NCBI GenBank assembly: GCA_051294375.1
Contig: CM119265.1
Coordinates: 23,590,669-23,654,668 of the forward strand
Source of the DNA: Paraspadella gotoi
Lineage: Eukaryota > Animalia > Chaetognatha
Reading direction: 5' to 3'
Length of the DNA stretch: 64,000 nucleotides
In this document: positions 51,656 to 63,610 of the stretch, in pieces
Layout of the letters: every line of letters starts with the position of its first letter
How positions within the stretch are numbered: position 1 is the stretch's first letter
Notes under the pieces: generated by a model
What the model was told of the DNA's origin: nothing
Databases searched by the model: none
The model's input: the letters and a program-made list of their open reading frames with translations, nothing else
Made by a program: the position numbers and the translations under genes

Positions 51656-54541
51656 TCCCACATTTTTTTTTGGTCTCTATATTTTTTTTCCACCGCATTA
51701 TTCTTTACTAGTACAAAAAGAGGAAACAACGAAGATTCTCAAATGTTTACCAGGACGAAGACAAATGATTATTGATTAATGTAACTGCCCTCGATAATCG
51801 ATTTTAATATCAACTTCTTGTTACTGTTTGACCTTTTAATCCTGTTTTTCCATTTTTTTTATGATACTTAACAAAAAAATAGAAAATTATTATTTTAAAC
51901 AGACAATTTTTAAATTTTTTTCCCTGCCTGCCGACTATTTCTGCCAACTTCGCCCTCTTAGTCAATATTTGAAATTGTTCTCATTTTTTCCATTTCCGCC
52001 ATCTTTTTTTCTTTTCTCATCTTTGCCATCTTTGCTATTGTGCCATCTGTGCCACATCTTCCATTATTTTTTTCTTCTCTAGTCCTTTCGACGCGCGCGG
52101 GCGTTTCACGGTGATTCGTTACCTTAACTCTCGAGTCACCGCAGTGAGGATTATGGGTTTTTTAACGCCGGGCCTCTCTTGCCTCTCAGTCTCATATCGC
52201 GTCTCGCAAGATCCTACTCGTGAAGGTCATCTCGACTTTATCCCGAGTCTCGGTCATCCTCTCTTGTGATTCTCCCTCTCTCTCATGTGCGTTGCAGGTG
52301 GCTCGCACTGCGTGCGTCTCGGTGCTCGGTCTCATGTCTCTCGGTGCGTCCACTCGCTTAATGGGTATCAGCATAGAGCTCGATAAAACCGATGTGTTCT
52401 ATGACTTACCCGTTTTCTCCTCTTCCTCATCCTTCCTCCTGCCTCCTACTTTCAACCATTTCTTCCTCTCCTCTCCCTCTGCCTCTTCTCTCTATTTTCA
52501 TCTCCGCCTCTCCTTCTCCTCTCATTTATCCCTCTCTTCTCTCTCCATCTCTCTTCTCCTTTTTTCCCTCTCCCCCTCCTTCTGTCCCATCTCCGTTTAT
52601 GCCCTTTCTCTCTCCATCTCTCTCTCACGCTTTGCTTTACATCTCTTGTCTCTCCCCTCTTCTCCTCCTCCCCTTTCCCTTCTCCTTCTCCCTTTTCCCT
52701 CTCCCTTCTTCCTCTCCTCTCTCTCTCCCTCTCCCGAGAGGATTATTGCGCCTCTTAATTGGAAAAGTTGGAAGGAGTCCGAGTGGGATGGTGGGGGGGC
52801 GGAGTTGTCGTTGTTCTTGTTGTCGCTGTCATTGTCGTTGTACTGGACAGGTGTAAAGATGAAGCGTTTATACTTGTCGTTGTTGTTGTGGTCGTCATCG
52901 TCGTTTTGTGTGATGATGAGTGAACGACGAATTCGTCGTTGTCGTCGTTGTTACCTTGGGTGTCTTGGACAATGGACAATGGACATTGTCCATTGGACAA
53001 CCATTGGTTGGTACCCGTTTTTTGTCGNNNNNNNNNNCTATTGGTTGGTACCCATTTTTGTCGTTGTTGTCGGGAAAAGTTTTTTGACTCGGAGACAACG
53101 ACTTCGGCCATTTTGATTTTTTGCTTTCCCCCCCCCCCAACCCAGGGGAGGTTGTCAACCCTTAACGTCAACGGTCGGGGAAGTTGTCTTCGTCGTCGTC
53201 GTCGTCGTCGTCGTCTTCCTTCATAAGTCAATCGTAATAATGGTTGTCAAAAATTAATGGTTTAAATTTCTCCTCTTTGACCCACCTCCCCTTACCTAAT
53301 ACCTAATTTTCCTAGACTTTCCCTATCAATGATTCCCGAATCTCACTCGCTTTAATGACATTCCTCGCCCTCCCTTCTCTCACTTCTTTACTTCCTTCTA
53401 TTCTTCTCTTCTATTCTTTTCTTATATTCTTCTCTTCTATTTTTCTCTTTTATTCTTTTCATCTATTCTTCTCTTCTCTTCTTCCCTTCTATTCTTCTAT
53501 TCTATTCTATTCATTCGACACGCAACTAAATTCATATCGACACGCAACTAAAAGCCAAATAAAAGAAGTCAGTCAGGGCACTCTCACCATGATCCGTAGA
53601 AAATCAATCCAGTTCCTTTGTCTTTTTCAGCACGGCTATCCCTAATCCCCTAATCCCTATACCGGACAATACTCCCGTACCCCCCGACCTAATACACAGC
53701 ACTCTCCTTCACCCCGCTTAGCCTTACCGCCCACCCCTTCATTGGCAATTACTACCCCCTCCGCCCCCACCCCGCGCTCGTCCCCGATCGCACCTGCGCG
53801 GGTTAAAAGGCGGCGGCGTTCGCCAGGAAAGGTTCACTTCAGGTCAACGTTTTTGGAGTTTTTTAGTCGGTTGACAACGGAGAGTAAGGAGGGGGCGAAG
53901 AGAGGGGGTGAAGATGAGAAAAGGAGGCTGGGGGAGAGAAGGAAAAGGGAAGAGAGAAAAGAAGAGGCTGGGGAGGAAAGGAAGAAGGGAAAAGGAGAGA
54001 GGAAGGGAGATGGAAAAGGAGGCTGGGGAGGAAGGAAGGAGGAGAGAAAAAAAAGAAAGAAAGGCTGGGGGAGAAGGAAGGAGGAGAGAAAAGAAAAGAA
54101 AGGCTGGGGGAGGAAGAGGAGGAGAGAGGGAGGAGATGGAAAAGGAGGCTGGGGGAGGAAGGAAGAGAGAAGAGAAAGAAAAGTCGGAAAACTAAGGAGG
54201 ACATGGATCGAATGAAACGGTGAGGGAAATAAAATTTAAAGTGAAAAAGAAGAAAGAAAGAAATAAAGAAAGAATATAAAAAGTAATAGAGGAAAGTAAA
54301 GGATCGAAGGAAAAAAGGAAAGAATGAAAGAGGAAATGAAATAATAAAAATAATTCTTTTCCTAACATCTTTAATTTCCTCTATTATTATTATTATTGAT
54401 TGTGATTGTTAAGTGTCACTCATGCACGAGTAGTTCGATAAAATGCGAATGTTTTTCTTTATTATTATTATTATTATATTATTATCTATTATTATTATTA
54501 TTATTATTATTATTTTATTATTATTATTATTATTATTATTA

Positions 54542-54577
<36 letters not shown>

Positions 54578-54868
54578 TTATTATTATTATTATTATTATA
54601 TTTAATTTCCTAATTTTTTATCTTATCTTTCTTCCTGCTTTTTTTTTTTTAAAGAGAGGAAAATAAAGTAAGAGAAAGAAACAAAATTAAGCGCAGAAAA
54701 GAGAAAGAAAGTATCAAAGGAAGAGAAAAGATTTTCGGAAGTCAAGAGGAGTAAGCGAGGTTCATTTTGTTTTTCACTTAAGACACCCGCGATTGGACGA
54801 CAGATTGTCGTTCGCTTTCGATGTCATCGATTTCCTTTCTCGTACCGTTCTAGAGGCGGAGCAAACAA

Positions 54869-57011
54869 TTAATTCCGGGAGGTGGGTCCGGTATTTAAAT
54901 AGACGGTAACTACATTTTTCAAATAATTATTATCCAAATCGACGAAATATGCTCAAAAATCTGGCGCACAATTTACAATGATTAAATTTATTTAGGCATT
55001 TTTTCTTCTCTTTATTTCTTTGTTATTCATCCTAAGCGGAACTTTTTTAAACAAAAGATACTTTGTTTCTTTTCTGCGGCAAACTGTTTTCGAGTTCTCG
55101 AGTTTCTGAGAATTAAGTTTTATAAAAAACAATTCGCGACACATAATACTAAATAGTTTTACCTTATTGTTATAATGAGAAATATGAAACAGCACAACGA
55201 AAATTGCTGCCGATCTTTACGTTCATACTTGCGTTGTGCCTCTTGGAGTATCATGCAGTATTATGTTTAAAATAGAAAAATTACGATTCGTTGTTCAAAT
55301 AGAAATTGAACAAAAAGTATCCGGGCCTGAAAAAATATTTGCTGCTTTTAATAATGTGAACTCAAATGTTTCACATGAAGTATGCATCCATCATTTTAGA
55401 TTGTTCGTCTCGCCATCGTATCTTTGATTTTGTAACCACAAGCTTGGAATATAATGCAAACGATTTTGATATTCAATGCCGCCGAAAAAATGTTTCTGTC
55501 CGATTGCTGGCTTTCGGAGAGATTTTACCGGTTCCTTTTCTATTTGTGCGTATAAAATATTGCACCATGACAGAGATAATGTTTTTCTTTTTTACAAAAA
55601 ATTTGATATTACGTACAAATAATTTAGCTGTATTGTTTTCGTTGTTTAGGAATAGTGGAATTTTACGAGTCTTTTGCGTCGTAGGACTCTCCTTGGACTG
55701 CAATCTCACTTTATCGCGAACCATTTGCAAAGGCTGACTTCTTCTTTTTCTAAAACAAAATAATACATGATTTGAAGAGCGCTTTTTTTTTTCCTTCTTC
55801 CTCCAACTGTATAATAACAACTTTTAAATTGTTCCAGCGGAAAATATTTGCAGCATCAGATGAGCCCCACTCTCGACTTTTGTTTTCTGTTTCAACACAA
55901 TTTTTTAATTAGAAGTTATGTATGAAAATAATTTGGATTCATTTTTTCAGTGACCGTATATTACAAAGTTGAAGTAGTGAACTTTTTTTTTTAAAATCTT
56001 CAATGGCTCAACTGCTTCACGTTTAGGAAAGTCAATGCATCTTACAGAAGTGAAACCCATTTCGAGTTTCATTTTGTCAATGGAGAGGACAAAGTTCTGG
56101 TCCGTGCCTAAGTTTCAAAATGGGAAAAGAAAAACAGGATAAATTGCGAAAAGAAGGATATTGCCAAAGGAGGAAATCAGCAAGTTTAGCTTTGGGATAG
56201 GTCGAAACGCTGACCTTGTTAATAAATTAAAACTCAATTGGGAGGTCGTTCGTTTTCATTCTGAGGAAGTTAGACTATACGTAGCAAGTAATTGTTTCTG
56301 AAGCAGAGAAATGTTAAAAGACATATTTTGAAAGTTTGGTTATCACGAGATTCTTGTTTTCTTTTCTAAAACTCACAATTTTTTTCGTTTAAGCAAATTA
56401 AAAAATTAACATCCAACAGCTTACAGCGATACCTTAAACAATTTACTTGACAGGTTAATATAAGAAAGCATGTCAAAATGATTGACTTGTTATATGCTTC
56501 CTTAGACTGTTTAAAATTAAAAGCATGACATTGCATTTTTTTAGCCTAAAATAAACACTTACTCATTTGGTTCTTTACTTTTTATTTTTTTGCTAAAGTG
56601 AAATATAATTAGAGAAGTAATTAGTTACTTAACAAATTACATATAGTTTAGTTATAATAGTTTATTAATTACTATAATAGTTAGCTAATATATTCTCAAT
56701 GATATGAATAGGCTGTTAGCATTAAAAATAGTTTTTATATTTCCGTATCATAAGTTAAGCAAAAACTTTATTATTTATAATATTTTTTTTTAATTTAATT
56801 AGGTTCACTTTCAACACATGAATTTGCATATTACAGTAGGTTTCATTATGGGTAACGCCCGCCAGGATTTGGTTAGTTTTTGTTTTATTTTCGCTCGTAT
56901 GGTCTTAAATATTTGTAATTTATACTTCTACGTATTTTAAAAAACCGACTCTCTGGTCAAACAATATTATTTTTCGTTTTTTTTTTTAAGGTTATTCCTC
57001 ACTCCCGCCTA
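54869..57011. mobile_element. ~2.1-kb insertion flanked by ~29-bp direct repeat
   Basis: Flanks TCGTACCGTTCTAGAGGCGGAGCAAACAA (54840-54868) and TCGTAACCGATTCTAGACGGAGAGAAACAA (57012-57041). The empty site has one copy at 59094-59122. The interior lacks the host microsatellites. Confidence 0.65.
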
Positions 57012-57153
57012 TCGTAACCGATTCTAGACGGAGAGAAACAAGGCCATCGTTTTTTTATTTTCTACGATTATGACTGGATTTCTTTTTTTTGATAATTTTT
57101 GTTTTTGGTTTTGTTTTGTTTTCTTCCTAATTCTCGTCTCTCTCTGTCTCATA

Positions 57154-57189
<36 letters not shown>

Positions 57190-57420
57190 TTAAATCACTC
57201 TTTAAAATCATCATACAGATATTGCATGCTTTCCTATTCAAGTCCGATTCTCTCCTCCAAATTATTTGGCAAAGTAAAACATTACAAACAAATAATAATT
57301 TTTGACAAAATCTTTAAACAGGGCAAACGGAAACAAAAAAAAAAAACCCAAAAAATCAGCTTAAAACAAAAGAACATTAATAAAAAAACAAAAAAACAAC
57401 CCAAAGAAAAGATATCAAGA

Positions 57421-58449
57421 ATGGCGTCGTTGTATCGATTTCGCACACGAATTCGCAATTCAACTCGCGAACCTAGAGTCTGGAAGATCGCAACATTTCC
57501 CTGATTTTTTGGCGGACTCTAACCTTCTTCAAAAGGAACGGTAAAGCGAGGTTTCGATGTCGGCAAAAGCATTGTTTTCGGTCTTATCCTATTCGTGTTT
57601 TTAAATTATTAACCGCCTTTTATTTTTTTATGTCAATTTGTTTTTATTCGTAGATTTCTTCTTTCATATTTTCTCTCTTACGAGTTTCGTTGATCTCGTC
57701 ACGAAGGTCAAACGCCTTTCGCTTTTCCTTTTTTTATATTTTTTCTTTCTTTTTTCTTTTTTTCTTTCTTTCTTTTTTTCTTTTCATTTTCTTTTCTTTT
57801 TTTTTCTTTTTCCTTTTCTTTTCCTTTCTTCTTCTTTTCCTTGTTTTCTTTTTTTCTTTATTGCTTATTTCTTTTTTTTCTTTTTTTTTTTTCTTTTTTT
57901 CTTTTCTTTTCTTTTCTTTTCTTCTTTTCCTTTTCTTTTTTCCTTTCAATTCGTTATGGTCACCTTACCCTACCTTTCTTTTTTCTCTAACCCCCCTGAC
58001 GGCCATACTTCTCTGAAACCTGTCTTTCTCTCACTCACCTTCTACTTTTTCTCCTTTTTTTTTGCTCTCCTATTACCCGCGATTCCAAAACTTTCAAAAG
58101 TCCAAACATCGCGATTTGTTAGAAAGAACGAACATCGATCTTTGACTCCTATAGTCGAAGCAAAAAAAAAAAGCAATGTAATAATGTACGGGATCCAGCG
58201 CAGTTATTAACGTTATTATTATTCTCAGTCTCTCTCCACCCTCTACCTCGTCTCTAGTCTCTCATTCCCTCCTCTCTCTCTCTCTCTCTGTCATCTCTCT
58301 CAGTCTGCTCTGTCTCTCCTCTCCTTCTCCTCTCTCTCTCTCTTTAGCAAACGTCTCCAACGGTTCTACTCGGGGAAGTTTAATCCGGGTTACACACGTT
58401 CCCCAAAGGACGAAAGATTTATAATTCATCGAATGAAACCAGTTTCCAG
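57421..58449 (+). other. Error-rich duplicate of cystatin-fold gene exons 1-2 (likely assembly/allelic copy)
   Basis: Colinear with 59465-60344 but carrying many single-base indels; this copy ends at the 25-N gap 58580-58604. Confidence 0.8.
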
Positions 58450-58680
58450 GTTAAAAAAAAATGGGTCGTGTTTTTGCTGCTTGAGAAACGATTTTGACAT
58501 AAAATATTCAGCGCGAATAACTTGTCACAAAGTAATAGGCTCAAAAATTGAAATAATTGTGAGTTATAGGAGTACGACTNNNNNNNNNNNNNNNNNNNNN
58601 NNNNCCTCTATTATTATTATTATTGGATTGTTAAGTGTCATCTCATGCACCGAGTAGTTCGATAAAATCGAATGTTTTTC

Positions 58681-58711
<31 letters not shown>

Positions 58712-59205
58712 NNNNNNNNNNNNNNNNNNNNNNNNNNNNNNNNNNNNNNNNNNNNNNNNNNNNNNNNNNNNNNNNNNNNNNNNNNNNNNNNNNNNNNNNN
58801 NNNNNNNNNNNNNNNNNNNNNNNNNNNNNNNNNNNNNNNNNNNNNNNNNNNNNNNNNNNNNNNNNNNNNNNNNNNNNNNNNNNNNNNNNNNNNNNNNNNN
58901 NNNNNNNNNNNNNNNNNNNNNNNNNNNNNNNNNNNNNNNNNNNNNNNNNNNNNNNAAAAGAGAAAGAAAGTCATCCCAAAGGAAGAGAAAAGTTCGGAGT
59001 CAAAGAGGAGTAAGGACCGAGTTCTTTTGTTTTTCACTTTAGACGCGATTTGGACGCAGATGTCGTTCGCTTCGATGTCACCGATTTTCTTTCTCGTAAC
59101 CGATTCTAGAGGCGAGAAACAAAAGGCCATCGTTTTATTTTCTACGATTTAGACTCGGATTTCTTTTTGATAATGTTTTGTTTTGTTTTGTTTTGTTTTC
59201 TTACC

Positions 59206-59261
<56 letters not shown>

Positions 59262-59464
59262 AAAATCATCATCTAGATATTCATCATTTCCTATTCAAGT
59301 CCGATTCTCTCCAAAATTATTTGCAAAGTAACCAAATACAAACAAATCAATTTTTGACCAAAATCTTAACGGCACAAACGGAACAAAAAAAAAACCCCAA
59401 AAAAATCAGCTTAACAAAACAAAAAACATAATAAACAAAAAAAAACCCAAAGAAAGATATCAAG

Positions 59465-59583
59465 ATGGCCGTCGTGTATCGATTTCGCCACGAATTCGCA
59501 ATTCAACTCGCGACTGGAGTCTGGATCGCACTTTCCCTGATTTTGGCGACTCTCACCTTCTTCAAAGGAAACGGCAAAGCGAG
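59465..59583 (+). CDS. Cystatin-fold secreted protein, exon 1 (signal peptide/anchor)
   Basis: MAVVYRFRHEFAIQLATGVWIALSLILATLTFFKGNGKA has a basic N-region and a hydrophobic core. Donor AG|GTTTCG (phase 2) joins exon 2 in frame. Confidence 0.6.
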
Positions 59584-60161
59584 GTTTCGATGTCGGCAAA
59601 CTGTTTCGTCTTTCCTATTTCGTGTTTTACCCTTTTTTTTTATGTCAATTTGTTTTTTATTCGTAGATTCTTCCTTTCATATGCGCCATTTTATTTTCTC
59701 TCTTACGAGTCTTTTCGTTATTCTCGTCACGAAAGTCAACGCCTTTCGCTTTTTCTTTTTTTATTATTTTCTTTTCTTTTCTTTTCTTTTCTTTTCTTTT
59801 CTTTTCTTTTCTTTTCTTTTCTTTTCTTTTCTTTTCTTTTCTTTTCTTTTCTTTTCTTTTCTTTTCTTTTCTTTTCTTTTCTTTTCTTTTCTTTTCTTCC
59901 TTTCAATTCGTTATGTCACCTTTACCTACCTTTCTTTTCTTCTCTAAAACCGGCCTACTTCTCTGAAACTGCCTCTTTCTCTCACTCACCCTCCTACCTT
60001 TTCTCCTTTTCGCTCTCACCCTATTACCCGCATTCCAAAACTTTCAAAAGTCCAACTCGATTTGTAGAAAGAACGAACTCGAATCTTTGACTCCTATAGT
60101 CGAAGCAAAAAAAAAAACAATGTAATAATGACGGGATCCAGCGTTATTAACGTTATTATTA

Positions 60162-60251
<90 letters not shown>

Positions 60252-60252
60252 G

Positions 60253-60344
60253 CAAAACGTCTCCACGGTTCTACTCGGAAGTTAATCCCGGGTTATACAA
60301 CGTTCCCCCGAAAGATTATAATTCACGAATGAAACCAGTTCCAG
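60253..60344 (+). CDS. Cystatin-fold protein, exon 2
   Basis: (CT)n tract plus TAG acceptor. (S)KTSPRFYSEVNPGLYNVPPKDYNSRMKPVP. Donor CCAG|GTTAAA, phase 2 to 1. Confidence 0.62.
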
Positions 60345-61026
60345 GTTAAAAATGGGTCGTGTTTGCTTTGAGAACGATTTTGACATAAAATCATTGCGCA
60401 AGATAACATTGTCAGCAAGTAATAGGTTCAAAAATTGAAATTATTACGTATAGGAGTACGACTAGGACCATAGTAAAAAAATTTTCAAAAAATGAAACTA
60501 TTTTTATATTTGCCATTTCAAAGTCTGAAAAAAAAAATTTTGACCGTGCCTGTTCGTAAAATTCGTTTTACCAAAAAATAAATATTTCTTTTTTTATATT
60601 CCCGACATAAATGAGTCCATTTTTCTCCGGCATTGACGTCCCGCGATGCAGCCTCATTTTTTTTTCCCGCGCTCCGAGTTTCCATTTATTCTCTTCGTCT
60701 GTTTACTTTTCTTCTTTAAGACTTTAAGTCTCTTATTTTCTCTTTTCTCACATTTTTTTTCTCGCCCGACATTTTTCCTCTTTTTTTTTTCTCTCTTGAG
60801 AAAAAAGGAAAAACAGTTCGACCCTACTTTTTTAAAAACTTTGCTTACTTACCTCAACGAGTGACTGTTGTTTGATATTCTCTCCGCTCCATCTGGTTGC
60901 GTTTAACTACCCCTTGTCTTATCAACCGTCTTCACCAACATCTTTTTCTTTTCTTATTTACTTTTTGCGCCACTCACGTGTAATTGTTGAGTTTATTCAT
61001 GTCCTTATGTTCTCCACACTATTCTC

Positions 61027-61183
61027 ACCACCAATCACCTCCACCACCAATCACCTCAACCACCAATCACCTGTACCACCAATCACCTGTACCACCAATC
61101 ACCTCTACCACCAATGCCCTCTACCACCAATCACCTCTACCACCAATCACCTCAACCACCAATCACCTCTATCACCAATCACC
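61027..61183 (+). repeat. ~16-bp minisatellite x~10 (ACCACCAATCACCTCT)
   Basis: Direct inspection; lies in intron 2 of the cystatin-fold gene. Confidence 0.9.
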
Positions 61184-61290
61184 TTTTTCTTCCATCGCCT
61201 TTTTTCCCTAAAGAAGTTCATTTCTATTTCCTCTGGTTTTACTTTTCCCTCTTCGCTTCTTATTTCCATAAATCAAGAGGATTTAGACCC

Positions 61291-61346
<56 letters not shown>

Positions 61347-61622
61347 CCTTTCTTTCTCCCTTCAATTTCAAGCTTTAATCCTTTCCAAAGTCGACAAGTG
61401 CTTTGATTTTTTTTTGTCTGATTGTTTCCACCACGGAATGCCAATCAAAAGTGTACGAAATTAAATTGAATTTTAAAAATATTTGTGAGTTAAAATTGAA
61501 AAAAATCAATAAAAATTTATTTTGTCTGTTCATTCGTGGATTCGTTCGAACACTAGATTTGTTCGTAATTTTGTTCGTCTATTTACTCTTTCGTTCACTT
61601 ATTTGTTAATTGGTTCATTCAG

Positions 61623-61727
61623 CGATCAATCCAGATTGGCGTCGAAACGAGAAGCGACGCGTCGCCATTTTGAAGGCGCAAAATTACATCATCGAAAAAT
61701 TCGTGAATAAAAAGGAAAAACGAGAAG
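61623..61727 (+). CDS. Cystatin-fold protein, exon 3 (predicted long amphipathic helix)
   Basis: Acceptor ttcattcAG. AINPDWRRNEKRRVAILKAQNYIIEKFVNKKEKRE, 105 nt, phase 1 to 1. Donor GAAG|GTGGCT. Confidence 0.72.
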
Positions 61728-61769
61728 GTGGCTAAATTAAACTGAACAATATTTATATTATGGCGGTCT

Positions 61770-62250
61770 TTTCATACAATTGAAACATAATACCACTTCA
61801 TTGACAGGGAAGCCAGGTGCTCTGGGAGTGAATAAACGAGACTGTGAGATAGTCCTGATTAATGCTATTTATGGCACCAGCAGGGTTGCCTGTGATGCCC
61901 ATTGGGATGGGGCATCTCACTGTTGGATTTGGGGCTTCCGACCCTCAGTGACGCCTCCAGTCCTGGCCGGTTACCCTAGGACGGTCTCGCTTTGCCAACG
62001 CAGAGAGAAGTCGTTAGGACTGTGGTTGGAAACACTACGCCTGGGATGGTGTGTTCCCCCTGTGAGCCAATGGGATTTGCTGGAAGGGGGATGGTGGAGG
62101 TGAGGCGGTGTGAATATACCGCCACACTATGTTATTATCTTGTGATGGAGGCCTTTAACCACCAAAGCCTGTCCAAAGTCAGGGGCAAGATAGCTTAGTT
62201 ATTAACTGATGAGATAATTGTTATATTGGTTTTACCAGGTTCATATAAAA
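61770..62250. mobile_element. ~480-bp hairpin-rich dispersed element in intron 3 of the cystatin-fold gene
   Basis: Balanced-GC island. Its 5' part recurs at ~12871-12992 and its 3' part at ~18969-19075. Confidence 0.6.
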
Positions 62251-62573
62251 TATAATATAATATATATATTATATATACTGATTGTTTCTGTTGTTATTTT
62301 TCCCCTTTAATTTATCAATTTGTGTACCTATCTATCTATCTATCGATCTCCCTTTTGTTTTTGTTTTTTTTATTCTTCTTTTCTAATCTCTTCTTTCCTG
62401 TCGTTCCTCTTATCTTTTTCTATTCAATGCTCTGTCTTTCTTCTCTTCCTTTTATCTTCTTTTTTCTCTTCTCTTTTTCCTCTCTCTTTCTTTTCTTCAC
62501 TTATCTTTCATCTCTTCCCTATCTTCTCTTTTCTCCTCTCTTTCTTCTCTTTTCTCTTACCTATCTCTTTCAG

Positions 62574-62668
62574 GCTACGTGGTGAGCATCCCCGAATTCA
62601 ATGAAGTGACCATTGAGGGGATCGGAGACGAATATCAATTCTCTCTTCTTCTCTACTACGGGAGACAG
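62574..62668 (+). CDS. Cystatin-fold protein, exon 4 (beta hairpin)
   Basis: Very long pyrimidine tract plus tttcAG. GYVVSIPEFNEVTIEGIGDEYQFSLLLYYGRQ. Donor CAG|GTGATG, phase 1 to 0. Confidence 0.78.
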
Positions 62669-62676
62669 GTGATGAT

Positions 62677-62812
62677 CATTGCTCTCCATTGCTGTCCATT
62701 GCTGTCCATTCCGGTCCATTGCCTCCATTGCTCTCTATTGCTGTCCGTTGCTGTCCATCGATGTCCATTGATGTCCAATGCTGACCATTGCTGTCCATTG
62801 CAGTCTATTGCC
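62677..62812 (+). repeat. 10-bp minisatellite (CATTGCTGTC)n
   Basis: Begins just after the exon-4 donor. Confidence 0.9.
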
Positions 62813-63152
62813 ATCTCTGAGAACTGCTATAGTCGTCTTCTATATACAGCAGATGAAAATAGATTGGTAAATGGTTATTCTTGGCGAGAAGTTAATGACG
62901 TTTCCATATCTGTGCGATGGTTTTTTTTCGAAGCAATTCTTGTTGACCTCATTATAGATTTAACAGTTTTCGATAATTTCAGAAGAAAAAAAAATTCTTT
63001 TCTCAAAAAAATGAACCTATATTACCGGAAGAAACAAGACTCTTCAACGTCCTACCGCGAGTGATCTCTTTTTCTTTCGCCGATTTTTTTAATTTCCTCT
63101 TCTAAATTGAAATATGCGCGTTCCCCCTTTCTCCCTCTTCATTCGTGGTCAG

Positions 63153-63254
63153 TGGTGCGCGCAGGGCAGCGAGAAGCCGTGGTCGCCCGAATGCAAAGCG
63201 GCGAAAATTGCGGATTTGAATCTCTGTTCAATCATGCTGCATTCGAAGAGAAAG
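63153..63254 (+). CDS. Cystatin-fold protein, exon 5 (Cys1-Cys3)
   Basis: Pyrimidine tract plus tcAG. WCAQGSEKPWSPECKAAKIADLNLCSIMLHSKRK. Donor AAG|GTGGGA, phase 0 to 0. Confidence 0.75.
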
Positions 63255-63395
63255 GTGGGACTGAGTAGGGGTCGTGTCGTTGTTGTCCTCTTCTCGTTTT
63301 TGATGCTGCTGATGCTGCTGCAATTGTTGTCGTTGGCGTTGCTGCTGCTGCTGCTATCGTCTTGTCGTTGTTGTTATCGTTGTTTTTCAAAAGAG

Positions 63396-63455
63396 ACTCC
63401 AAACCTTGATCAGGTGGTGAGGAGATGCGGTGAGGGAGGTGCCGGAGATGCTTGA
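63396..63455 (+). CDS. Cystatin-fold protein, candidate last exon (Cys4 and stop)
   Basis: TPNLDQVVRRCGEGGAGDA*. The weak GAG acceptor at 63395 gives C-x19-C; an alternative CAG acceptor at 63413 is also in frame. The true last exon could lie beyond the window. Confidence 0.4.
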   Translation, partial: TPNLDQVVRRCGEGGAGDA

Positions 63456-63610
63456 CTGATTAGGCTTGACAGGTGCGGGAGACGTTGAGTGACGCGATCG
63501 TGAATGTGAATGTGATGAAATAACGAGAGAGACACCTGTGAACGTTGGCCAAAAAGTCGGGAGTGATGCTGAGATGAGGTGAGGACGAAAATCTAAGCTG
63601 AACAAAAAAT

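Noticed and set aside
62206-62250. Hammerhead-like CTGATGA
   Set aside because: No matching GAAA/stem II, and not conserved in the 18.9-kb copy.
62574-62670. IRF association-domain resemblance (FSLLLYYGRQV)
   Set aside because: The V codon is the splice donor; the spliced context with signal peptide and Cys pattern fits a cystatin fold better.
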